64,000 bases of DNA from Longimicrobiales bacterium. GTDB taxonomy: Bacteria > Gemmatimonadota > Gemmatimonadetes > Longimicrobiales > Gaopeijiaceae. The stretch covers positions 1,984,001-2,048,000 of the forward strand of contig CBDFMQ010000002.1 in the NCBI GenBank assembly GCA_965249725.1. The letters run 5' to 3'. Of the stretch, positions 1-8,810 are shown in pieces. A program made the position numbers and the translations under genes. The notes under the pieces are model-generated. The model did no database searches, was not told where the DNA came from, and worked only from the letters and a program-made list of their open reading frames with translations. Numbering within the stretch: position 1 is the stretch's first letter; each line of letters opens with the position of its first letter.

Positions 1-77
1 GCTTCGGAGCGCGCTTCGCCGGCAAGACGGGCGGGGTGAGCTACCGAGGTGAGGCCACGATTCAAACCGGTACCCGC

Positions 78-497
78 TCAACCATCGGCGGCAAGCGCCT
101 CCACAGCACGCTCACGGATCTTCTGGTTCATCGAATAGAATCCGTTTCGTCGGTTGACCGAGAGATGCTGACCCAGGTCGAGACCTTCGAAGAGGCCCTC
201 CACATCAGCCGACAGGATCTCTTCGGCCGTCTTGTCCGCGTACATGAGAAACAGTACGGAGATGAGTCCCTTCACGATGTGTGCGTCGCTGTCCGCACGG
301 AGCTGCAGCTTGCCATCGTCGGAGGTTCCCAACGAAACGAGCCACACCTGGCTCAGGCAGCCGGGCACCACGTGATCCTGGTCCCGGTTCTCCTCCGGAT
401 ACGGCTCGAGCTTGCGGCCCAGTTGGATGAGGTAGCGATACCGGTCCTCCCATGAGAGGAGCCGATTGAAGCGCTCGACGAATTCGTCCGGTGTCAC
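78..497 (-). CDS. sufE: SufE family Fe-S/sulfur acceptor protein
   Basis: Motifs WEDRYRYLIQLGRKL, VPGCLSQVW (acceptor Cys), ADSDAHIVKGL and HLSVNRRNG. GTG start chosen at 497; the ORF track extends to 560. Confidence 0.9.
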   Translation of the reverse strand: MTPDEFVERFNRLLSWEDRYRYLIQLGRKLEPYPEENRDQDHVVPGCLSQVWLVSLGTSDDGKLQLRADSDAHIVKGLISVLFLMYADKTAEEILSADVEGLFEGLDLGQHLSVNRRNGFYSMNQKIRERAVEALAADG

Positions 498-707
498 GTG
501 CTTGGTATTCCTTTGTCGCGGCTCTTTGTCGCCGACAGGACTCGACCAGTGGGCGGCCATCCATCGGCTAGAACCCCGTGGCCTCGCCGGGGTTTCTTCC
601 GGATGGGGGCCCGCGTATCCTCCCGAGCGACTCTCGGAGGCGGTGGAACGCCTCTAGGGCTGCTACTGCGAAGCCCTCACGACCCGGAACGGCGACCGGA
701 GCCCACT

Positions 708-1031
708 ATGAGCACTCCACCCCTCGACGTGCTGGAACAAGCGGACGATTGGAGGACCCAGGGCTTGGGTGTGGCCCTGGCGACCGTCGTCCGCACCTGG
801 GGCTCGGCTCCCCGGCAACCCGGCAGCCAGATGTGCATCAACGAGCTAGGGCACTTCGTGGGCTCGGTTTCGGGCGGATGCGTAGAGGGCGCCGTCGTGC
901 AGGAAGCTCAGGAGGTCATGGCCCAAGGGGGCACGAAGCTCCTGAAGTACGGCGTGACCGATGAGCAGGCGTGGGAGGTGGGACTCGCATGCGGAGGCGA
1001 AGTCGAGATCTACGTGGAGTCCGTGGAGTGA
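708..1031 (+). CDS. XdhC/CoxI family protein, N-terminal half (Moco chaperone, split gene)
   Basis: ALATVVRTWGSAPRQPGS, GSVSGGCVEG and VGLACGG motifs. ATG at 708. Confidence 0.88.
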   Translation: MSTPPLDVLEQADDWRTQGLGVALATVVRTWGSAPRQPGSQMCINELGHFVGSVSGGCVEGAVVQEAQEVMAQGGTKLLKYGVTDEQAWEVGLACGGEVEIYVESVE

Positions 1032-1720
1032 ACGCCGAACTCCTCGCCCAACTGGTCCAAGATCGGCGGAGCGGTCGGGCCGTTGTCCTAGCGACCAACC
1101 TGGAGAGTGGCGCGCAGGTCCTTCTCTACCCGCTGGAATCAGGACCGGAGGACGTCGGGCCCCTTCGCGACGCCGCGCGACAGGCACTCCTGAACGACCG
1201 GTCCCAACCTGTGGACGACGTCGACGGCCGACATTTCCTGCAGGTACACAACCCACCTCATAGGATGGTGGTCGTAGGAGCCGTCCACATCGCGCAGCCC
1301 TTGACCCAGATGGCAAAACACGCCGGCTTTCAAGTCACGCTCGTCGACCCCCGCGAGTCCTTCAATTCCGAGGCTCGCTTTCCCGGTGTCGACCGCCGGG
1401 TGTCCTGGCCCGACGCCGCTCTGGTCGACCTGGAACTCGATCATCGGACCGCCGTGGTGACGCTCACCCACGACCCGAAGCTCGACGACCCCGCGCTCAT
1501 GGCCGCCCTGAGCAGCCCCGCCTTTTATGTCGGAGCGTTGGGAAGTCGCAAGACCCATGGCCGTCGCCTCGAGCGACTGGCCGAGGCCGGGTTCGACGAC
1601 GATGCAGTATCGAGGATCCACGGACCGGTGGGGCTAGACATCGGGGCGCGCACCCCGGGTGAGATCGCCGCGGCGATCCTCGCCCAGGTCATCGGAGAGC
1701 TGCGGCGAAGCGTCGCATGA
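1028..1720 (+). CDS. XdhC/CoxF family protein, C-terminal Rossmann half
   Basis: VVGAVHIAQPL, LTHDPKLDDPAL, YVGALGSRKTH and GPVGLDIGARTPGEIA. GTGA overlap with the upstream half. Confidence 0.88.
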   Translation: MNAELLAQLVQDRRSGRAVVLATNLESGAQVLLYPLESGPEDVGPLRDAARQALLNDRSQPVDDVDGRHFLQVHNPPHRMVVVGAVHIAQPLTQMAKHAGFQVTLVDPRESFNSEARFPGVDRRVSWPDAALVDLELDHRTAVVTLTHDPKLDDPALMAALSSPAFYVGALGSRKTHGRRLERLAEAGFDDDAVSRIHGPVGLDIGARTPGEIAAAILAQVIGELRRSVA

Positions 1721-2379
1721 TCCACGACGCGGCCCTAGCACCGGAGCGCCACGCGGATGACCCCTCGGGGGTCGTATGCCTGGTGCTGGCGGCGGGATCA
1801 TCCACCCGCATGGGGGACCGGAACAAGCTTCTGGAGCCGATCGACGGCACGCCCATGGTTACTGGTGTGGCCCGCGCCGCGGTGGCGTCCCGGGCCGACG
1901 CGGTCCTGGTCGTCACGGGCGAGGACCGTGAGGGCGTGGAAGCTTGTCTGCGGAAGGTCCCGGTCGATCTCGTCTGGAATCCGAACCACGTCAACGGGCT
2001 CAGCACGTCGGTTCGCGCGGGAGTCGCGGCCCTCCCGGAGGGCACAAAGGCCGTCGTAGTCTGTCTCGGCGACATGCCGCGTGTGCTCCCTCGCCACATC
2101 GACTCGCTGGTACAGGCCTTCCTCGAGGACCCGGACGGATCCATCTTCGTGCCCACCTGGCAAGGTCGGAGAGGGAACCCGGTGCTCTGGAGGGCGAACA
2201 TGCTCCCCGAGTTCGCGGAGCTCTCCGGGGACGAGGGTGCCAGAGTGCTCATGTCCCGCCATCCGACCGAGCTGCGCGAGGTCCCGGTGGACGCCCCTGG
2301 CATTCTCACCGACGTGGACACACCCGAGGCCCTCCGAGACCTGACCACAACAATTGCGAACCGGACCAACGAGAAATGA
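1717..2379 (+). CDS. mocA: Molybdenum cofactor cytidylyltransferase (MocA-like NTP transferase)
   Basis: VLAAGSSTRMG..NKLL, LGDMP, GNPVLW, GDEGAR and DVDTPE. ATGA coupling to the upstream gene, in Mo-hydroxylase context. Confidence 0.8.
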   Translation: MIHDAALAPERHADDPSGVVCLVLAAGSSTRMGDRNKLLEPIDGTPMVTGVARAAVASRADAVLVVTGEDREGVEACLRKVPVDLVWNPNHVNGLSTSVRAGVAALPEGTKAVVVCLGDMPRVLPRHIDSLVQAFLEDPDGSIFVPTWQGRRGNPVLWRANMLPEFAELSGDEGARVLMSRHPTELREVPVDAPGILTDVDTPEALRDLTTTIANRTNEK

Positions 2380-2426
2380 ACACGCCTGCGATGTCGCCTT
2401 CCTGCGACCGAGACGGTTAGGGCCGA

Positions 2427-2990
2427 ATGTCCTCTCTGAGAATCGAAGAGCGTTTCGAGCTGGACGCACCGGCGGACGGCGCCTGGGAGTACCTCACCCA
2501 CCCGGAGCGCATCGTCGTATGCCTGCCGGGAGCCGAGCTGACCGAGGTCATCGATGAGCGCAACTACGCCGGAGGCGTCAAGGTAAAGCTGGGCGCCGTA
2601 GCCATGGAGTACCACGGCACGATCCAGTTCGTCGAGGTGGACGCGGAACGGCGCCTCATCCGGATGGAGGGCAAGGGCAACGAGAAGCGCGGCGGCGGCA
2701 CGGCCACGCTGACCATGGAGAGCGCCGTCCACGAACTCGAGGGTGGCCGCTCGGCCGTCACGGTGGTCGCGGACATCCAATTGGCGGGCAAGATCGTCCG
2801 ATTCGGTAGGGGTATGATCCAAGCCGTCACGGCCGAGGTCTTCAAGGACTTCACGGTCCGTCTGGCGGAAGAGTTGGAGGCGAGTAGACCGGTTGGCGCC
2901 GGCACCTCTAGCCCGGAGTCGCTGCCTCTGCTCCCGCTTCTACTGCGGTCGTTCCGATCGTGGCTCCGGCGCCTCTTCGGAAGCGAGTAG
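2427..2990 (+). CDS. coxG: CoxG / SRPBCC family protein
   Basis: PERIVVCLPGAEL, VKVKLGAV and LAGKIVRFGRGMI, with a short hydrophobic/basic C-terminal tail. Confidence 0.8.
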   Translation: MSSLRIEERFELDAPADGAWEYLTHPERIVVCLPGAELTEVIDERNYAGGVKVKLGAVAMEYHGTIQFVEVDAERRLIRMEGKGNEKRGGGTATLTMESAVHELEGGRSAVTVVADIQLAGKIVRFGRGMIQAVTAEVFKDFTVRLAEELEASRPVGAGTSSPESLPLLPLLLRSFRSWLRRLFGSE

Positions 2991-4161
2991 GCGGCCGGGT
3001 CAACGCCTGTGCAAGCTCCCGTAAGCTGTTCAGGCTGTGCACCGACCGGAAGTCGTCGACGTGTGGAAGGATGGCCTTGATGCCCTGCGCCTCCGCCCGG
3101 AATGCGTCATAGCGCAGCAGCGGATTCAGCCAGATCAGTCGGCGGCACGAGCGGTGGAGGCGGTCCATCGCGGCGCTCAGTCCGTCGGCCCCTTCCCTGT
3201 CGAGCCCATCGGTGATCAGAAGGACCACGGCTCCCTGCCCCAGCACGCGTCGGGACCAGTGCCGATTGAACTCTTCGATACAGGCCCCGATGCGCGTGCC
3301 CCCGTCCCAGTCCTCAACGACGTGGCCGAGACGGTCCAATGCCACGTCGACGTCCCGATGCCGAAGGTGACGGGTGGCGTTGGTCAGGCGGGTCCCGAAG
3401 AGGAACGTGTGCACCCGATCCCTGTCGTTCGTCAGCGCATGCAGGAAGTGCAGCAGCATCCGCGTATAGCCGGTCATCGAGCCGGAGATGTCGCACAAAG
3501 CCACCAAAGTCGGAGGTCGGCGACGCCTGATGCGCCACTCCAAGGGGATCGTCGCTCCGCCCGTTTGAAGCGTGGTACGATGGGTACGACGCAGGTCCAC
3601 CTCCGATCCGGACGGGTGCGGTCGACGCCGCCGGGTCGGCAGGTCCCGGATGGGGAGTCGCATGCGAGCGATCGCTTCGCGGGCGGCCTCGATCTCGCCG
3701 ACGGACATCTGCTCGAAGTCCTTTTCCGATAAGGCCTCACGGTCCGAAAAGGTCATCCGCAAGTCTGCCTCGACCCGCTCACGTTCAGGGTCCATCACGG
3801 AGCCGCCCTCGGCCCAGGCCTCGGCTAGGCGCCGTTGCAGAGGAGGCGGCTCTCGTGTCGGCACCTTCGAGAGAGCGAGTAGCTCCTCCAAAACGGCGTT
3901 CGAGGGAGGTCGGTCGGACCAGAAGAGCTTGAACGCCTCAAGAAAGATCAGCCTCTGCTCGCCCCGCCTCACGAAGACTGCGTGGAGAGCCCAGTAGAAC
4001 TCGTCCGGACGAGTGACATCCACAGCCGCGAGGGCCGTCAGGGCGTTCAGGACGTCTCCCGGACCGGAGGGGAGCCCGGCCCGTCTCAGCAACCGGGCGA
4101 AGTCCGTCACCCGTTGGGCGAACCGATCGCCCCAAGGACGAGCGTCCTCGAAGTCAGCCAA
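2908..4161 (-). CDS. coxE: CoxE-like VWA domain protein
   Basis: LCDISGSM (MIDAS), WDGGTRIG, LITDGLDR and LIWLNPLL. TTG start chosen at 4161, overlapping the coxD stop. The last ~28 codons run antisense into coxG. Confidence 0.85.
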   Translation of the reverse strand: MADFEDARPWGDRFAQRVTDFARLLRRAGLPSGPGDVLNALTALAAVDVTRPDEFYWALHAVFVRRGEQRLIFLEAFKLFWSDRPPSNAVLEELLALSKVPTREPPPLQRRLAEAWAEGGSVMDPERERVEADLRMTFSDREALSEKDFEQMSVGEIEAAREAIARMRLPIRDLPTRRRRPHPSGSEVDLRRTHRTTLQTGGATIPLEWRIRRRRPPTLVALCDISGSMTGYTRMLLHFLHALTNDRDRVHTFLFGTRLTNATRHLRHRDVDVALDRLGHVVEDWDGGTRIGACIEEFNRHWSRRVLGQGAVVLLITDGLDREGADGLSAAMDRLHRSCRRLIWLNPLLRYDAFRAEAQGIKAILPHVDDFRSVHSLNSLRELAQALTRPPTRFRRGAGATIGTTAVEAGAEAATPG

Positions 4162-5077
4162 CTTCCTGCAGAATGGCCTCGACCGGTTCACCGCGAACCC
4201 GAGCCAGGTCATCCTCGTACTTGAGCAGTACGCCCAGCGTCTCGTTGACTACCTCGTGGTCCAGGCTGGACCGCCCCAAGGTCAACAACGCCCGAGTCCA
4301 GTCGATCGATTCAGCGAGGCCGGGCAACTTGAAGAGATCTTCCTCACGCAGGCGCTGAACGAAGTCGACCACCTGGCGCGTGAACTCCTCTCCCGCCTCC
4401 GGAACGCGTAGCGCTACGATCTCTGTCTCCCGATCTCGGGTCGGATAGTCGATCCAGTGGTAGAAGCAGCGACGCTTAAGGGCGTCGTGGATCTCTCGGG
4501 TGCGGTTGGACGTGATGATCACGATGGGCGGCTCTTTCGCCTTGATCGTGCCCACCTCGGGAACGGTGATCTGGAAATCGGACAGCATCTCCAGAAGGAA
4601 CGCCTCGAACGGTTCGTCCGTGCGATCCAGCTCGTCGATGAGGAGCACGGGCGGCCCTTCGGGACGAGCCGCGAGCGCCTCGAGCAAAGGCCGGTGAATC
4701 AAGAACTCGTCGGAGAACACGTCCGACTCGAGCCTGGCTCGGTCCGTGACCCCCGCCGCTTCGGCGATCCGGATCTCGATCATCTGGCGCGCATAGTTCC
4801 ACTCGTAGACGGCGGACGACACGTCCAGGCCCTCATAACACTGCAGGCGGATCAGGTGACGATTCAGCCCCGAGGCCAGCACCTTGCCCACCTCGGTCTT
4901 GCCGACTCCCGCCTCTCCCTCGAGGAAGAGAGGCCTGCCCAGGCTCAGCGACAGGTAGACTGCCGTGGCGAGAGATCGGTCCGCCACATAACACTCCTCA
5001 TGCAGGAGCGTCAGTGTGTCCTCGACGGAGTCCGGGTTCGCGACGCGGTTCTCTATGCGTACGCCTCCACTATGCAC
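4154..5077 (-). CDS. coxD: CoxD-like MoxR AAA+ ATPase
   Basis: [10 protein letters not shown] (Walker A), [28 protein letters not shown] and [11 protein letters not shown] at 5077 overlaps the coxM stop; the start is uncertain. Confidence 0.88.
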   Translation of the reverse strand: MHSGGVRIENRVANPDSVEDTLTLLHEECYVADRSLATAVYLSLSLGRPLFLEGEAGVGKTEVGKVLASGLNRHLIRLQCYEGLDVSSAVYEWNYARQMIEIRIAEAAGVTDRARLESDVFSDEFLIHRPLLEALAARPEGPPVLLIDELDRTDEPFEAFLLEMLSDFQITVPEVGTIKAKEPPIVIITSNRTREIHDALKRRCFYHWIDYPTRDRETEIVALRVPEAGEEFTRQVVDFVQRLREEDLFKLPGLAESIDWTRALLTLGRSSLDHEVVNETLGVLLKYEDDLARVRGEPVEAILQEVG

Positions 5078-5864
5078 ACGCCTCCACGGCCCGGCGGGCC
5101 ATGACTCCGACGAGGTGCGCTCTGTACTCCGCGCTGGCGTCCGTATCCGACACCAGGCCATCCTGGTCCAAGCCGACACCGTCGAGGGCGTTGGCCGAGA
5201 AATCGGACGTCAGAACATCTTCGAGGCCGCCTGCTCGAAAGACCTTATATCCCGCACCGGAAACCGCCACGCGGACCGCCCCACCACCCTGTGCCACCAT
5301 GACGCCGGTGATGGCGTACTTGGAGGCGGGGTTGGGGAACTTGGCATAGGCTGCCCGATCGGGGATCGGGAAACGCACGGACGTGATGATCTCGTCGTCT
5401 TCGAGAGGTGTCTCGAACATGCCGACGAAGAAGTCCTCGGCGGCGATCTCGCGACGAGCGGTGACGACCGTAGCACCGAGGGCGACGAGGGCGGCCGGAT
5501 AGTCGGCCGCAGGATCACTGTGCGCCACCGAGCCGCCTAGTGTGCCGCGGTTCCGCACCTGAGGATCGCCGATGTCGCCGGCGAGGTCCGCAAGAGCCGG
5601 AATGGCGCCCCGCACATCGGCGGAGGCGCTCACCTCGGCGTGGGTCATCGCTGCTCCGATCGACAGCGTATCGCCGTCGCTCTGAATCCCTCGGAGCTCC
5701 TCGATTCCCGCGAGAGACACCAAGTCGCTCGGCGCCGCCATATCCAGCTTCATGACGGGGAGCAGACTCTGACCACCGGCCAGGAACTTGCCGGCGTCGG
5801 AGCCTCGGATGGCCTCCTGGGCCTCGGCCAACGTGCCGGGGCGATGGAATGTGAAGTTATCCAT
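5070..5864 (-). CDS. coxM: Molybdenum hydroxylase FAD-binding medium subunit (CoxM/CutM-like)
   Basis: [36 protein letters not shown] and ASAEYRAHL. Confidence 0.9.
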   Translation of the reverse strand: MDNFTFHRPGTLAEAQEAIRGSDAGKFLAGGQSLLPVMKLDMAAPSDLVSLAGIEELRGIQSDGDTLSIGAAMTHAEVSASADVRGAIPALADLAGDIGDPQVRNRGTLGGSVAHSDPAADYPAALVALGATVVTARREIAAEDFFVGMFETPLEDDEIITSVRFPIPDRAAYAKFPNPASKYAITGVMVAQGGGAVRVAVSGAGYKVFRAGGLEDVLTSDFSANALDGVGLDQDGLVSDTDASAEYRAHLVGVMARRAVEACA

Positions 5865-5874
5865 GGTCTTCCCC

Positions 5875-8244
5875 TTAGTTGGCGGCCGTAGCGTCCTGGA
5901 TAGCGCGCCACACGCGCTCCGGGGTCGCTGGCATATCCATGTGCTCGACGCCCAGATGGGCCAGGGCGTCGACGACGGCGTTGATGATGGCGGGTGGCAC
6001 TCCGATCGCCCCGACCTCACCAACACCCTTCACCCCGAGCGGGTTGTGCGTGCAGTTGGTGATGTTGTGCCCTGTCTTGAAGAACGGCAGATCGGCGGCT
6101 CGGGGCATCGTGTAGTTCATGTATGAACCGGTGAGGAGCTGCCCGTCATCATCGTACTTGCAGTCCTCCAGAAGCGCCTGTCCGATCCCGTGGGCCAGTC
6201 CTCCGTGCATTTGGCCCTCGACGATCATCGGGTTGATGATCCGTCCCACATCGTCGGCGCAGGCAATACCCACCAGCTCGACGACACCCGTCTCCGGATC
6301 GATCTCGACCTCGGCCACGTGGGCCCCGGCCGGATAGGTGAAGTTGCCGGGGTCGTAGAAGGCCGTCTCATCCAAGCCCGGTTCGAGCCCCTCTGGATAG
6401 TTGTGTGGGACGTACGCTGTGAGCGCGACGTCACCGAACCCTACCGACTTGTCCGTTCCGGCTACCGTAAAGGTGCCGTCCTCGAAGCGGACGTCCGCCT
6501 CGTCGGCCTCCATCAGGTGAGCTGCGATCTTGGTGCCCTTCGCGATGATCTTCTCGGCCGCGTTGTGAATCGCAGAGCCACCGACTGCGAGTGAGCGGGA
6601 ACCGTAGGTCCCCATTCCGAACGGGATCTCCCCGGTGTCTCCATGCACCACGTCGACCTGGTCGATGTCGACACCGAGACTCTCGGAAACGAGTTGGGCG
6701 AACGCCGTCTCGTGCCCCTGACCATGGCTATGGCTCCCGGTGAAGACCGTCACGCTCCCAGTCGGGTGGACTCTCACCTGCCCTACCTCGTAGAGCCCGG
6801 CTCGGGCACCCAATGCGCCGGCTACTGCGGACGGCGCGGCGCCGCATGCCTCGACGAATGTCGAAAGGCCGATGCCTCTGAGCTTGCCTCGGGCGCGTGC
6901 TTCCTCTTTCCTCGACTCGAAGCTCGCCCAGTCCGACATGTCGAGCACCATGTTCAACGTCCCGTCGTAGTCCCCGATGTCGTACTCGAGTGCAACAGGA
7001 GTCTGATAGGGGAACTGATCGGGCTGAATGAAGTTCTTCCGCCGGATCTCTACCGGATCGATGCCCAGTCTTCTGGCAGCCGAGTCGACGAGGCGCTCCA
7101 GCATAAAGGAAGCTTCGGGACGCCCGGCTCCGCGCACCGCGTCTACGGGCACGGTATTCGTGAAGATGCCCTTGACCTCGCTGTAGATGGCCGGAGTGGA
7201 GTAACAGCCTGAGAAGACCGATGCGTACATCCACGTCGGAACCGCCGCTCCGAATGTCGAGAGGTAGGCGCCGAGGTTCGCGTATGTGTGAACCTTCAGC
7301 CCGAGGAACCGCCCGTCGTCGTCGAGAGCCAGCTGTGCGTTGGTCACGTGGTCACGACCATGGGCATCGGACATGAACGCTTCCGAGCGCTCGGCGGTCC
7401 ACTTCACCGGCCGACCGATCCTGATGGACGACCACATGGTGATGACCTCTTCCGGGTAGTGGAAGATCTTGGAGCCGAAGCCACCGCCGACATCGTGCGA
7501 CACGACGCGGAGCTTGTGTTCCGGAATCTGGAGCACGAAGGCTCCCATGAGTAGCCGAATCACATGAGGGTTCTGCGTGGTCGTATACAGCGTGTACACA
7601 TCCCGCGCCGGCTCGTAGTCGCCAATTGCCACGCGAGGCTCGATGGCGTTCGGGATCAATCGGTTCTGCACGATGTCGAGCGACACCACATGCGGTGCAC
7701 CCTCGAAGGCCGCATCGGTCGCGGCTTTGTCACCGAGCTCCCAGTCGAAGCAGACGTTCCCCGGCGCTTCGTCCCAGACCAGAGGCGCCCCTTCCGCCAC
7801 AGCCTGCGGCGACGTGACCACCACCGGAAGACGCTCGTAGGACACGTCGACGAGTGCGGCGGCCTCCTTCGCTTGCGTCTTCGTCTCGGCGATTACGACC
7901 GCCACGATATCGCCCACATGCCTGACCCTACCGACGGCCAACGCCGGGTGCGCAGGCTCCACCATCGGTGTGCCGTCCTTGTTCGTGACGCCCCAACCGC
8001 ACGGCACCCCACCGACCTCGTCGGCCGCCATGTCGGCCCCGGTGAACACGGCCACCACACCCGGTGCGGACGCGGCCTCGGCGGTGTCGACGGCCGAAAT
8101 GCTCGCGTGCGCCTCGGGCGACCGAATCATCGAGGCGAACAACTGGCCCGGTCGGTTGATGTCATCCGTGTAGCGGCCTTTCCCAGTTAGGAAACGGCCG
8201 TCTTCCTTCCGCCGTACGGCGGCCCCGATACCGTTCTCAGCCAC
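5875..8244 (-). CDS. coxL: Molybdenum hydroxylase large subunit, form II CoxL-like (xanthine dehydrogenase family)
   Basis: [26 protein letters not shown], active-site loop [29 protein letters not shown] and [12 protein letters not shown] start at 8244. Confidence 0.9.
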   Translation of the reverse strand: MAENGIGAAVRRKEDGRFLTGKGRYTDDINRPGQLFASMIRSPEAHASISAVDTAEAASAPGVVAVFTGADMAADEVGGVPCGWGVTNKDGTPMVEPAHPALAVGRVRHVGDIVAVVIAETKTQAKEAAALVDVSYERLPVVVTSPQAVAEGAPLVWDEAPGNVCFDWELGDKAATDAAFEGAPHVVSLDIVQNRLIPNAIEPRVAIGDYEPARDVYTLYTTTQNPHVIRLLMGAFVLQIPEHKLRVVSHDVGGGFGSKIFHYPEEVITMWSSIRIGRPVKWTAERSEAFMSDAHGRDHVTNAQLALDDDGRFLGLKVHTYANLGAYLSTFGAAVPTWMYASVFSGCYSTPAIYSEVKGIFTNTVPVDAVRGAGRPEASFMLERLVDSAARRLGIDPVEIRRKNFIQPDQFPYQTPVALEYDIGDYDGTLNMVLDMSDWASFESRKEEARARGKLRGIGLSTFVEACGAAPSAVAGALGARAGLYEVGQVRVHPTGSVTVFTGSHSHGQGHETAFAQLVSESLGVDIDQVDVVHGDTGEIPFGMGTYGSRSLAVGGSAIHNAAEKIIAKGTKIAAHLMEADEADVRFEDGTFTVAGTDKSVGFGDVALTAYVPHNYPEGLEPGLDETAFYDPGNFTYPAGAHVAEVEIDPETGVVELVGIACADDVGRIINPMIVEGQMHGGLAHGIGQALLEDCKYDDDGQLLTGSYMNYTMPRAADLPFFKTGHNITNCTHNPLGVKGVGEVGAIGVPPAIINAVVDALAHLGVEHMDMPATPERVWRAIQDATAAN

Positions 8245-8246
8245 GC

Positions 8247-8714
8247 TCAGCCTCCTATCTCGGAAGCCGCCGCCTGCACGGCCTTCACGATGTTGTGGTA
8301 GCCGGTGCAGCGGCAGAGGTTGCCCTCCAACCACTCCCTCACGTCGCCCTCCGACGGGGAGGCATTGCCCTTCACCAGGTCGAGGCTGCTCATCACCATA
8401 CCCGGAGTGCAGAATCCGCACTGGAGGCCGTGGTGCTCCTTGAAGGCCGCTTGCATGGGGTGAAGAGCCCCGTTCGTCGCGACACCTTCGATGGTCGCGA
8501 CGTCGGCACCGTCGGCTTCAACAGCCAACATGGTGCAGCTCTTGACCGACTTGCCTCCGACGTGCACGACGCAAGCCCCGCACTGACTGGTGTCGCACCC
8601 GACGTGGGTGCCCGTGAGCGAAAGGGTCTCACGCAGAAAGTCGACGAGTAGAGTGCGCGCCTCGACCTCGTGCGAGACCGCTTGCCCGTTTACCTGCATG
8701 GAAACGACTGGCAT
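8247..8714 (-). CDS. coxS: [2Fe-2S] small subunit (CoxS-like)
   Basis: [21 protein letters not shown] and GNLCRCTGY cysteine motifs. Confidence 0.92.
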   Translation of the reverse strand: MPVVSMQVNGQAVSHEVEARTLLVDFLRETLSLTGTHVGCDTSQCGACVVHVGGKSVKSCTMLAVEADGADVATIEGVATNGALHPMQAAFKEHHGLQCGFCTPGMVMSSLDLVKGNASPSEGDVREWLEGNLCRCTGYHNIVKAVQAAASEIGG

Positions 8715-8740
8715 GAACGGCTCCCTGTAGGGGAGAAGGA

Positions 8741-8771
8741 TCACGGCCGGTCCCGAAGGATCCGGCCGTGA
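8741..8771 (-). terminator. Stable hairpin with cUUCGg tetraloop between the clp-REC gene and coxS (terminator or RNA-stability element)
   Basis: Minus strand reads TCACGGCCGG-A-TCC-TTCG-GGA-CCGGCCGTGA, followed by TCCTTCTCCCC (pyrimidine-rich, not a clean U-tract). Confidence 0.5.
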
Positions 8772-8810
8772 CTTGGAACGAGGTCAGGATGGGGCGCTGA
8801 AAAGGCCCGG

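Noticed and set aside
708..1720. Split xdhC as a frameshifted pseudogene
   Set aside because: The halves break at the domain boundary with a clean GTGA overlap, and two-gene XdhC arrangements are known in cox clusters.
5875..8244. Calling the cluster a true aerobic CO dehydrogenase
   Set aside because: It lacks the form I AYxCSFR motif and has S-L-M order.
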